Positions 51,130 to 63,559 of a stretch of DNA of 64,000 bases are shown here, in pieces. The position numbers and the translations under genes are program-made. Below the pieces are notes generated by a model that worked only from the letters and a program-made list of their open reading frames with translations, was not told where the DNA came from and did not search any database. Source of the DNA: Octopus sinensis (lineage: Eukaryota); NCBI RefSeq assembly GCF_006345805.1, contig NC_042999.1:162564001-162628000 (forward strand), in the 5' to 3' direction. Position 1 is the first letter of the stretch. Each line of letters opens with the position of its first letter.

Positions 51130-51338
51130 ATTAAGGGTTCAGCAACGAATTTAGAAATAGCAGTCAACAAGTTTTGGCTATTCTTTCTACTTAAAAGGGA
51201 GATCCCAGTAAAACCAAAGCACTTAAAAGCCAAACATGGGATCTCCCTTTTAAGTAGAAAGAATAGCCAAAATTTGTTGACTGCTATTTCTAAATTTGGT
51301 GTGTGGTGAGGCAAATCGTTGCTGAACCCTTAATTACT
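51126..51338. repeat. Palindrome with ~80-bp arms, 29-nt loop and an ~19-nt insert in the right arm
   Basis: agtaattaagggttcagcaacga / tcgttgctgaacccttaattact and atttagaaatagcagtcaacaa...gggagatccca / tgggatctccc...ctgctatttctaaat. Confidence 0.9.
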
Positions 51339-51433
51339 TAAACCTTCCTTGAATGGGTCTTTTACATGCCGAACTCTACTTGGTGAAATTAATGATTATT
51401 TCTAAATTAATTAATTTCACCCTTTATTATTAT

Positions 51434-51466
<33 letters not shown>

Positions 51467-51482
51467 TATATAATGTATTATG

Positions 51483-54400
51483 TGACGGGGTCGGGGGCGT
51501 GGGTATACGGAACACTGACGGGGTCGGGGGCGTGGGTATACTTCTTGCAGAGAAATGGGTAGATAAGGTAATCGAGGTAGTCAGAGTAAGTGATAGAGTA
51601 CTTAAGATTAGATTAGTGCTTCACCATAGGTCAGCTACTATCATCTCGGCATATGCCCCTCAACCAGGGCTACCGGAAGGACAAAAAGACCAATTCTATG
51701 ACACCCTACTGCGGACTACCACGTTGACAAATGACAGTGACCTTCTCTTCGTGGCAGGTGATTTCAATGGACATGTTGGACGGCATGTCGGGGGCTTCCA
51801 TGGCGTTCATGGAGGCTACGGTTTTGGCTCTCGTAATGAGGAGGGAACCAGGCTGCTGGAGTTCTGCGATGCAAATGACCTTATGGTCTGCAATACCAAC
51901 TTCAGGAAACCTACCTCTCACCTAGTCACCTACCGTTCTGGCAGACACACTAGCCAGATTGACTACATCCTTGCCAGAAAAAAGGAAAGAGGGCTGCTTA
52001 TAAATGCCAAAACCTTTCCAGGCGAAGAATGTACTCCTCAACATAGATTAGTAGTTAGCGACTTCAGGATCAGAGCTAAATGGTTGCCCAGAAGAAGACC
52101 TGCTTGGAGGAGAAGGGTCTGGAAGCTTAAAGATCCTGCAAATGGACAGAGATTTAGAGACATACTACTCGAAGCCTTTGACGAAATAGAAGGGGATATA
52201 GCTTCACTTAATGTGGAAAGCAACTGGAGATTTCTACGGGACAATCTGCTGACAGCCACTGACCAGATCTGTGGATGGAGCAAAGTACCATCTCGACCCA
52301 GAGTAACATGGTGGTGGAACACTGTGGTTGACAGGCTATTAGACAAAAGAGACAGGCTTGGAAGGACTGGAAGAACGGTGGTAGCAGGGAATTGTATCAG
52401 ACAGCCAGAAGGGAAGCTAGGAGACAGGTTTATTTAGCCAGAGGGGAAGCGGATAAGAAAAAATTTGCCAATGTTCTGAGCTGTGAGGATGAAAGACTTG
52501 AGGTATTTCGTGTTGCAAGACAGTGTGTGAGAGAGAATCGTGATGTGGTAGGAGAGAAGTGTGTTCGCATGGATGATGGTTCACTTGCGCTAAATGAGGA
52601 TGCAAAGAGAGAGGTTTGGAGATGCCACTATGAAAGGTTGCTGAATAAAGAAAATGAATGGGATAAAGAGTCTGCCGAATGTTGACCCAACAGAGGGACC
52701 AGCTATCCGAGTTGATAGTTCCGTAGTAGCTAAGGCAATTAGAAGCATGAAGACAGGGAAAGCCCCAGGCCCATCAGGAATTACTGCAGAGATGCTCAAA
52801 ATATCTGGCAGTGTCGGCTATAACCTAGTCACCCGTATAGTCAACCAGGTGATACACGAAGGAGTCATACCCAATGACTGGTGCAGCAGCATACTAGTCA
52901 ACTGCTACAAAGGTAAAGGTGATGCCCTAGATACAAATAATTACAGAGGTATCAAGCTGTTGGATCAAGTAATGAAGGTTACGGAGAGGGTCATAGCCCA
53001 ACTAATTAGAGAGAGAGTTAGTTTAGATGAGATGCAGTTTGGGTTCGTGCCAAGGAAAAGTACCACTGATGCTATATTCCTGGTAAGGCAGCTGCAGGAG
53101 AAATACCTAGCCAAAGATAAGCCCCTGTACCTGGCTTTCGTTGACATGGAGAAAGCTTTTGATAGGGTCCCCCGATCCCTTATCTGGTGGTCAATGAGGA
53201 AACTAGGGATAGATGAATGGCTGGTGAGGACTGTGCAAGCCATGTACAGAGATGCCGTAAGTAAGGTTAGGGTTGGCAACATGTACACAGAAGAATTCAA
53301 AGTAGAGGTTGGGGTCCACCAGGGTTCAGTACTCAGCCCCCTCCTATTTATCATAGTACTCCAGGCAATTACGGAGGAATTCAAGACAGGTTGTCCCTGG
53401 GAGCTCCTCTATGCTGACGACCTTGCTCTTATTGCTGAGTCACTATCAGAACTGGAGGAGAAGTTCCAGGTGTGGAAGGAGGGTTTAGAATCGAGGGGCC
53501 TTAGAGTCAACCTAGCTAAAACCAAAGTACTAATAAGTAGGAAGGTAGACAATCCACAAATGTCTTCAGGAAGATGGCCCTGCTCGATCTGTAGAAAAGG
53601 TGTAGGTAGAAACTCTATAAGATGTACCCAGTGTAAGCTATGGACACATAAGAGGTGCAGCAATGTCAAAGGTAGGCTAACTGGGAAGATAGTTTTTGTA
53701 TGTGGCAGATGCTCGGGAGCATTAACCTCCGAAAATCTGCAGAAAACAACTTCCGTCACTTTCCAGGGGGAAAAACTAGAAGTAGTTGATAGCTTCTGTT
53801 ATCTAGGTGACCAAGTCAGTAGTGGGGGTGGATGCGCTGGAAGGTAACTGCTAGAATAAGAATAGCCTGGGCAAAGTTTAGGAGCTCTTACCTCTGCTGG
53901 TGACTAAAGGCCTCTCGCTCAGAGTAAAAGGCAGACTGTATGATGCGTGTGTACGAACAGCCATGCTACATGGCAGTGAAACATGGGCCGTGACTGCTGA
54001 GGACATGCGTAAGCTCGTGAGGAATGAAGCCAGTATGCTCCGATGGATGTGTAATGTCAGTGTACATACTCGACAGAGCGTTAGCACCTTGAGAGAATGT
54101 TGTACCTAAGAAGCATCAGTTGTGGTGTGCAAGAGAGACGATTGCGCTGGTATGGTCATGTGGCGAGAATGGATGAAGATAGGTGTGTGAGAAAGTGCCA
54201 ATCCCTAGCAGTTGAGGGAACCCATGGAAGAGGTAGACCCAGGAAAACCTGGGACGAGGTGGTGAAGCACGACCTTCGAACTTTAGGCCTCACTGAGGAA
54301 ATGACCAGCGACCGAGACCTTTGGAAATATTCTGTACGTGAGAAGACCAGGCAGGACAAGTGAGCCCAGCCCACTTATGAATGCCTTTCCTCCCTTGGAC

Positions 54401-55065
54401 ACAAAGACCTGTTGAGGCAAGCAAAGTCGATATAGAACCTCATCCGACGACAGGCACCCATGCCAACCCCCTCTGCTTGCGAAGACATGTTGGGGCAAGC
54501 GAAATCGAAATCGAAATCGAAACCGAATTGAACCAGCCAGGATCCCTGGTCTGGTGGTACGTAAAAAGCACTATCCGACTCGTGGCCAATGCCAGCGCCG
54601 CTTCGACTGGTTTCCGTGCCGGTGGCACGTAAAATACTCCAATCCGACTGTACGACAGGCACCCATGCCAACCCCCTTTGCTTGTGAAGACATGTTGGGG
54701 CAAGCGAAATCGAAATCGAATTGAACCAGCCAGGATCCCTGGTCTGGTGGTACATAAAAAGCACTATCCGACTCGTGGCCGATGCCAGCACCGCCTCGAC
54801 TGGTTTCCGTGTCGGTGGCACATAAAATACACCAATCCGACCGTGGCCGTTGCCAGCCTCACCTGGCACCTGTGCAGGTGGCACGTAAAAAGCACCCACT
54901 ACACTCACGGAGTGGTTGGCGTTAGGAAGGGCATCCAGCTGTAGAAACATTGCCAGATTAGACTGGAGCCTGGTGCAGCCTTCTGGCTTCCCAGATCCCC
55001 GGTCGAACCGTCCAACCCATGCTAGCATGGAGAACGGACGTTAAACGATGATGATGATGATGATG
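51483..55065 (+). mobile_element. Young RTE-clade LINE, 5'-truncated within the APE domain: endonuclease, RT with PHD-type finger, 700-bp 3' UTR, (GAT)n tail
   Basis: GVGILL, SAYAPQ, AGDFNGHVG, SQIDYIL (APE). GKAPGPSG, NYRGIKLL, FVDMEKAFDRV, GVHQGSVLSPLLF, YADD, YLGD (RT). RLRWYGHV...GRGRPRKTW. Coding region ends at 54363. Confidence 0.95.
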
Positions 55066-55322
55066 TGTGTGTGTTATACTGACTCTGATGTGAAAATCAT
55101 GTGATTTGTGGAAACGTGTGTAGCGATGTATTAAATATTTATAATTCCATCCTACAATTACTGTTATTATTATCCTACATTATTATATTGGTATAACCAT
55201 GATGAAACCCTAAAAAACTGACTGACTAGTCAGCATCATTAGACGGTAGCCAGTATAATGAAATAGCAGCTTTATTTACATACCTCTAACATTACCATAA
55301 CTGAATCTAAAAGATATATATA

Positions 55323-55720
55323 GGCGTAGGAGTGGTTGTGTGGTAAGTAGTTTGTTTACCAACCACATGGTTCTGGGTTCAGTCCCACTGCATGGCACCT
55401 TGGGCAAGTGTCTTCTACTATAGCCTCAGGCCGACCAAAGCCTTGTGAGTGGATTTGGTAGACGGAAACTGAAAGAAGCCCGTCATATATATGTATATAT
55501 ATGCGTGTGTGTGTGTGTGTGTCTGTGTTTGTCCCCCTAGCATTGCTTGACAACCGATGCTGGTGTGTTTATGTCCCCGTTACTTAGCGGTTCGGCAAAA
55601 AGAGACCGATAGAATAAGTACTGGGCTTACAAAAGAATAAGTCCCGGGGTCGAGTTGCTCGATTAAAAGGTGGTGCTCCAGCATGGCCGCAGTCAAATGA
55701 CTGAAACAAGTAAAAGAAAA
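55323..55720 (+). mobile_element. SINE family 1 copy
   Basis: Aligns with 47609-48010. Confidence 0.9.
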
Positions 55721-56788
55721 AAAGAAAAGAAATATATATCCATTTCTCTGGTGCTTACGGATTGGAAACAAGAAAATCTGAGTAATGAGTAATGCAGTCT
55801 CAACTTTGAAGTAATGGGTATGTCATTCAATTTCACAGTGTTGTATTATGTTTTGCTGTATTGCAATTCACACCAGTTTAAAGCCATTATCCTCTATCTA
55901 GCTTTATGCACACACATACACACACACACATTGGTGCCTAAATGCATTGCCAAATTGGAGTGGAACTAACAACCACTCTAATTACAGCTATGGCAACATA
56001 CATACAATGGTTGCAAAGTCTTGGAGTTTGCAAAGAAGCCATATGAAGCATTTGGATGTATTCCTCCCACTGTTGTTGAAGCATGTCTGAATACTACATT
56101 AATCTTGTTCTAATCAACCTTTTGATCTCTGAAAGTCTGCAAATGTTATGATTTAAATATTTATGTATATGCCTATAAATGCATGTGTGTGTGTGTGTGT
56201 TCACTAGGAGGATACCTGGCGTTGCTAGCTAATTAGTTACATTTAACTCATTGCAATTCTGCATAAAATTATTTCAAACAGATTGTTTATCTAACTTGTA
56301 ATAGAGATCTTTTTTTTCTTTACCTCTTAAAATTTTACTTTCATTTCAATAGTTCACCATGAAAGGAAAGGCAATATATCCACAATATATGGCTGAATTT
56401 TGCAATAAGCTTCCTATCCACTGCCTTTTTAATATCTAATTATTTAGAAAAGTTTTTCCAATTTCTGTTTTAAAAAGAAATTCATAGGTTCAATTTTTAA
56501 AAATTATTTCTCTTCTCTATACCTTAATCCTAAAACTTAATAGTAAATTCAGACTTTAAACTCTAACCCTGAATTATAGCAATTTAGCAAAAATTTCAAA
56601 CACATTGTTCATATTAAGCGTAACAGATTTTTTCTTAAAATTTATTTTGTTTCAATAACTCGCTACAAAATAAAATAACATGAAGGCATTCCAGCTGTAT
56701 CAATCCTGTCAACATATCATCATCCTTTAATATCCACTTTTCACGCTGGCAAGCAGAGAGCTGCACCTGTACATATGTGTGTGTGTGT

Positions 56789-56827
<39 letters not shown>

Positions 56828-57139
56828 TCTCTCTCTCTCTTCTGTTTTTAATCCTTTAAATTCTTCCTCTGAAAAAGGAGCTAGTTTCTAGCAAAGACAC
56901 AAAGCTCTATCTTTGGAATGAGGATAATGAAAACAATGTCACATTTTAAACTGAAAAAAGTCTTATATAATTTTATTGTTCCACTTAAAGATTGTATTTG
57001 TAATGTGTGAATCACATTGGTTGATTTCTTTTTCTGAAAATCCAAGCTTATCCAGACTGACAGTTAGCCATCTAACTTACGAAACCAATTGCTCCAAATA
57101 TTACTGGAATAAATGCAAATTTGTAATCCAGATATAAAA

Positions 57140-57690
57140 GCTGAAGGTTTTGAAACAGTTGTCCATAGTTGTCTTCTTTCTCTTTGATTTTCAAAGAGAT
57201 ATTCACATCAGCAGGTCAGATAACCTCTATGACGGTACATACGTTTTCTTGCACATCCCAAACAATATCTAGCCTGTTATGCTTACACTCGACAGATGTT
57301 TTGAGAATGTTTCACCAGTATTCCTTGTGCTGGTATTTGTGTACGTATTCAATAAGAGGAGGATTCACTATATATATATATTCCAGGACAGTCTTTTTCT
57401 GAATGGCATCGTATATTGTTTTTTTGCAACAACATCATGTTGCATAGGGAAGCAGTACTTTGATGACACTTTGGGGCAGCTGCTAATCACAGATATATAA
57501 TATAATCTACATTTACGGGTGCATCTTGAAACTCCAAGGGCTTCACTGTCACTTTTGTTGATTAGTGGCAATCTGTTCTTGGATTGCAAATGCAAAGCCT
57601 TTGAAGTCTGATATGATGTAGCAGTCATGAGTTCAAGAGAAGCTTCACTTTATGTCAATGTTACTATCTTCTCTAGGTCTTCAAGAAACA
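57140..57690 (-). pseudogene. Decayed 3' part of a different restriction-like-endonuclease LINE
   Basis: AFAFAIQEQI; VISSCPKVSSKY..PMQHDVVAK; KHNRLDIVWD...CTVIEVI*PADVNISLKIKEKEDNY. Confidence 0.7.
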
Positions 57691-57697
57691 CACTCAT

Positions 57698-58102
57698 GCG
57701 CAGGAGTGGCTGTGTGGTAAGTAGCTTGCTAACCAACCACATGGTTCCGGGTTCAGTCCCACAGCGTGGCATCTTGGGCAAGTGTCTTCTGCTATAGCCT
57801 CGGGCCAACCAATGCCTTGTGAGTGGATTTGGTAGACGGAAACTGAAAGAAGCCTGTCGTATATATGTATATATATATATATGTATGTGTATGTGTTTGT
57901 GTGTCTGTGTTTGTCCCCCTAGCATTGCTTGACAACCGATGCTGGTGTGTTTACGTCCCCGTCACCTAGTGGTTCGGCAAAAAGAGACCGATAAAATAAG
58001 TACTGGGCTTACAAAAAGAATAAGTCCCGGGGTCGATTAGTTCGACTAAAGTCGGTGCTCCAGCATGGCCGCAGTCAAATGACTGAAACAAGTAAAAGAG
58101 TA
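57698..58102 (+). mobile_element. SINE family 1 copy
   Basis: Aligns with 47609-48010. Confidence 0.9.
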
Positions 58103-58104
58103 AG

Positions 58105-58912
58105 TGTAGTAGGTGTAAAAAAATGTGTATTAAACAAATATGGAAACAAAAATTTGTGCAAACAAACCAGAGGATGGGGAGAGGACTTTTGGAAAATTCA
58201 CAAGATCCACTTTTTTCCCTCATAACTTTTAGGAAAATGGATATCTTATAATGAAATATTATATAAATACCTTTCAAATGGCATAGATTATGATTATAAA
58301 GAGAAAATCTTTTCCAATGGGGTGGGGAGAGAACTTTTGAAGAGAAAGAAATCCATATTTTTTTTTTGCTTGAAGAAATCTTTAGATTCATTTTTTTTTT
58401 TTTTAATAATAGAAAAACTTTTCTATAAAGATCCCATGTATCATGGTGAGAGAAGCAAATTCATAAATGTGGTGTTGAATATGGTTTCACTATGGAAAAA
58501 AGTTAAGGGCAATTTAGCTGTTGTTTTTAGCACATTTCCACCATTGGGATCTTTTTCGAAACCTTTTTCTATCACTCAAATGAAAAGTAGATGAATTAAG
58601 AAAATTTTTTTCAAACTTATTTCCATTACACTGAAGCAAAAAAATAATTTATGAATTTCTTTCTCTTCGAAAGTTTTCTCCCCATTCCCTTGGATAAAAT
58701 TTTTCCCACAAATTTCTTTATAATTGTAATCTATGCCATTTGTAAGATATTTATATAAAATTTCGCTAAAAGATATCCATTTTCCTAAAAGTCATGAGGG
58801 AAAAAGCTGGATCTTGTGAATTTTCCAAAAGTACCCCCCCCCCCACTCAGTTCATTTGCACAAATTTTTATTTCCATATTTGTTTAATACACATGTTTTT
58901 ACACCTACTACA
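58105..58912. mobile_element. ~810-bp fold-back element with ~200-bp diverged terminal inverted arms
   Basis: tgtagtaggtgtaaaa..atgtgtattaaacaaatatgg / ccatatttgtttaatacacat..ttttacacctactaca; similarity continues through gaaaattcacaagatcc and aaatggcatagatt. No TSD seen. Confidence 0.75.
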
Positions 58913-59478
58913 TTTTTTTTGGTAACCAGGAGTTAAAGTAAACATTAACCAGTATTTTTAATATACCAGTATAATTTTTAAGTGACTTGGTGTTGAATGA
59001 ATGCATACTATTAGACAAAATAGCTTATAACTTTTATATGAGGCACAATTTGAAGAATATTATCAGTTTCCAGAGTCTGTTTTGATAAAATGAAAATTTT
59101 TTATTATACCGGTATCATTTTGTTATTAAATTAAGAAGTGATTTTGTTGTTATGGCTGTTTGGAACACTATAAGCCTTACAATAATATCTGGACTGATTT
59201 TGGTAATTTTTGTTTTTAAATTAAAAACTATGGGAGGAGCATTTTCGGCAAAAAAACAAAAATTGTGAATATTTTCAGAGGAAAAGATGAACAATTCAAG
59301 GGAGGTTTGGCTTTTGTTTCTAGAACAAACCAAACCACCCTCCATTTATATTCTCACATGTATTGATGTCTTTTCAATATTTTTCTCCCATTAAACACAT
59401 TAGTGGACTATAAGCAACAAAAAAAAAAAAATTGTAATCTAAATTTTTACCACCACCTCAATCAAATAAAGCCATGTA

Positions 59479-59703
59479 TTACTCTTTTACTTGTTTCAGT
59501 CATTTGACTGCGGCCATGCTGGAGCACCGCCTTTAGTCGAGCAACTCGACCCCGGAACTTATTCTTTGTAAGCCCAGTACTTATTCTATCGGTCTCTTTT
59601 TGCCGAAGCGCTAAGTGATGGGGACATAAACACTCCAGCATCGGTTGTCAAGCAATGCTAGGGGGACAGACACAGACACACAAACATACACACACACACA
59701 CAC

Positions 59704-59756
<53 letters not shown>

Positions 59757-59919
59757 CGACGGGCTTCTTTCAGTTTCCGTCTACCAAATCCACTCACAAG
59801 GCTTTGGTCGGCCCGAGGCTATAGTAGAAGACACTTGCCCAAGATGCCACGCAGTGGGACTGAATCCGGAACCATGTGGTTGGTAGGCAAGCTACTTACC
59901 ACACAGCCACTCCTGCGCC
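59479..59919 (-). mobile_element. SINE family 1 copy
   Basis: Reverse complement of 57698-58102. Confidence 0.9.
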
Positions 59920-62900
59920 TGTATGTGTGTAAGAAAAAACATTTCCTAACAGGAAAGTATGCTATTAAAATGAATTATTGTTTATGAAACTCTTCCTTTA
60001 AATCACTATGGATAAATGCCAGCAATGATCTTCTCTGGCTCTTCAATATTTTAATTTATAAACAGAAAGAATCAGAGGCAGGGAGTGGGGGTTGCAAAAA
60101 ATTCATAATTTCTCAAATTTTCTTTTCTTTAGCATATAAATGTATTTATGGGGAGAAAAATATTGAAAACCATTGATACATGCAGGAACGATAAAGAAAC
60201 ATGGAGGGTTGTCTCAGGATGTGCTAGAAACAACAGCCAAATCTCACTTAAATCACTCACTTTTCCCTCTGAAAATATTAATAATTTTTTTCTTTCTTTT
60301 TTTTTTTTAACCGAAAAGTCTCCTCCCATGGTTTTGAAGTACAACAAAAATTGTCCAAAATAGATCCGGATTGGGATGATAAGGGTTGTAAAAAAAAATT
60401 TCAAAACTTTTTTCATACAAAGAGGCCCCCCACCCCCATCCCATCATTTCAAAGGCTGTGGTTTTAAAAAAATGAGGGAAATCTCCATCAAAACAGAGTA
60501 GTTCTAACTTATTTAGTCTTCCTCATCCAAAACTTCTCTCCCCATGCACTAAAAAAAAATATTCCACACTAATTTCTTTATAATTGTAATCTATGCCATT
60601 TGAAAGATATTTGTATAAACTTTCATTAAAAGATACCCATTTCCTGGAAGTTATGAGGGAAAGAAGTCGGATCATATGAATTTTTCCAAACTCCTCTCTT
60701 CACCTTCTTGGAAAAATTCTTTCTCATAAATTCCTATATATTCTGAAGTCACAACATCTAAGCAGTATTTGTAGAAAATTTCTTTAAAAAGTATCCATTT
60801 TTCTGGATGTTATGAGGCAACAAAGTCATGGGCATATACACCTGTAGTTATGCCCTTTTATTTATACAATTTTTTCATATCATGTTTATTCCATTCATTG
60901 TTTGCAATGTTCTCTCTCCCCTCTCTCATCTCACACACATACACACTGCAAAGCTTACAGGTGGGCTGCTAAATTGAAATCTCTTTCCCCTCAATTGTTG
61001 GACTACCTTGATGTTTGCTTTAAAATGAGAAATTATGACTGATAAAATAATAAACAAGTGAGCACTATTATACAAAGAAATAATTAGATGTAAAATATCA
61101 TAAAAATTACTAGAATTGGGAATCAAGTGTGAAAATTTTATCAAGTGATTAGCAAAAAACTACCCGTGGGGTGGGGGACAATCTTTCTGCTAGTTTATAT
61201 AATGTCTTTAACGTAAAATAAAATTATTATTAGATTCTCCAGCTGTTGTATCAATATGAATAGCTTACAATAAAATTTCACCAGAGATAGATTATCAAAA
61301 TTTAATAAGGGGGAGGGGGTCTTAGATTAATAAGGGGGGAGGGGATAAAAGCAGAGTGGGTTGAAAAAATCTGAAAAACTAATAAGTAGGGGAGGGATGA
61401 TTATTCAAGACCCCAGAGTAGCTTACTCTTCTCCCTTTTAATATGAGAGCCTTTGTTTCACTGAGATTTTTTGGTAACTCTTATCTTTCTGAGAAGCTTG
61501 TCACACTGGCAAACAAGCAGTCACTTAGAGACAGCTTCTGTTGATGTTATTATGGCTGTCAACTGCTATAATCAAAGAGATGATGGTAATGTTGCAAAAC
61601 TCAGTGGACTCATAACTGAGCTGGTGGTGGTGTTGCACATGGAGTTGGTAATCTTATTATTGTTTCTACTTTCACTTTCCCAGTCACAAGAGGAATGGCA
61701 GTGACAACACTTGTGACCAGGAGAGCAAGGTAGTCAGTTGAAATCATAAAAGGTAGAACTGGTGTTGCTCTTATTATTTCTGGGTTTGGCGTGTTGTTGT
61801 TTATAGCAGTGATTCTCTTCCCAACACCTGTTGTCACAGTCAATACATGCACATGCATTTGCTGCTACACAGAAATTTTTTTGGAAATAAAACACTTTTA
61901 AGGGTACACAGTTTTAAAGCCTTCAGTTTTTTAGGAATGTCTTAAGCAATATTAAAGATAAACCTTCCAAACATGGTCAAAATTTACAATCAGAGCAGCT
62001 TGGATAGGAAAATAATAACAAAGTGCCAAATTTTGGGGACAGGTGTACTCAATAACAGGAACGTCAATACATAACTGGTACTTATTTTACTAATCCAGAT
62101 GAAGGAAAGGTAGAATTAATCTCATAGAATTTGAACCCAAAACATAATGGGACAATGTAGTAGTAATAGTAGTAGTGGTGGTGGTGGTGGTAGTAGTAGT
62201 AGTAGTAGTAACAACAACAACATAGACATATATGACATATTTGAAAGAGGAGCACAGTCAATTAAGCTGACTCCCAATACACAACTAATACTTATATCAA
62301 CTCTCCAGAAGTATGAAAGACAAATTCAACACCAACAAGACTTAAACTTATATATATATATATGCAACAAAATCCTACCAAAAAATAATAGTAATAATTT
62401 AAACAACTATTATTAAGATAAAAGGAAATAATTTTTAATACCAAATCTTTTTTTATAATTTTTTGGTTCAATAAATTTTATCAAATTTCAGTTTAAATGG
62501 AAGATAAATAGTTCAATAAAAATTACATTATAGAAAAATAAATAACATTGGAAAATAAATAAATCCATGCATTAGAAAGGAATTGCATAAATTATTGTGA
62601 CTGTATGCAAGGTAAGTATGTGACTGTATGCATGGAACAGCTTGGTTTGCAAACATTTTTATGATAACAGAACAAATGTCAATATGAAACACAGTAGCAT
62701 GAAGGAGAGGAGAGATGACCACTACCATCGCAGATATGGTGCTCGTCTGTTATAGGTAATAAATCTGGTTGCTAATGACCAAAATTTGCTGAATCGTAAT
62801 ATACATAACAATTTTGATTTTCAATTTACTTAAAAGAATGAAAATGCTCATTTCCTTTCTTGGTCCTCATTGATAAGGTATAAATGGCTTTATTTAATAC

Positions 62901-63198
62901 AATCAGTGTTTAGTTCAAATTTTCTAAAGTCAGTGGTTGGAGAGAAAACATAGGTATGAGTATGAGTGGCCGAGATCTGGCAAGGATTGGGAAATGCATA
63001 GTACAAAGCCTGGGAGTAAGACACAGTAAGAGAAATGAGAGGAGGTGAAGTAGGTGATATACAACTAACAAATTCAGGAGAAAACCCTTTATAATTTTCA
63101 AATAAAGAGGCAGGAAGAGAATACAGCCCGCCCATGCTTATTTGGATAATTTTGTTTTTGCAATTAAGAATATGTGTATGCTTATATAAGAATCACCC

Positions 63199-63502
63199 CT
63201 GAGGTCTGAGCAGCATTCTATTGTAGGTTAAATCTATGCCTTTCAAAACTGTCTTACCAAGAGAGAGAACATCTATAATGGCTATGAATTGATGACCTTC
63301 TACCCTCTGTTTTAAACATTGTTAATCTACTTCTAACTATGAGTATACTTATATAAGCAACATTCCTGAAGTCTGAGCAGTACTCTACTGTAGGGTGAAT
63401 CTAAACTTTTCAAAGCCGTCTTACCTAGAGAGAGAATGTCTCTAATGGCTGTGAACTGATGACCTTCTACCCTCAGTTTTAAACATTGTTAATCTACTTC
63501 TA
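63199..63502 (+). repeat. Old tandem duplication, period 167 bp
   Basis: ctgag/aagtctgagcag ... gatgaccttctaccctc ... aaacattgttaatctacttcta, present twice. Confidence 0.9.
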
Positions 63503-63559
63503 TTTCATAAAACTCTAAGTGTTAGCAATGACTGAATCAACTTAGTATCAGACACCCAG

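Noticed and set aside
61471-61858. Overlapping 77-82-aa ORFs on both strands
   Set aside because: No recognisable motifs or splice structure; the lengths are within chance for this composition.
62570-62620. Donor AAG|GTAAGT with short frame ERNCINYCDCMQ
   Set aside because: No polypyrimidine acceptor upstream; too weak to call.
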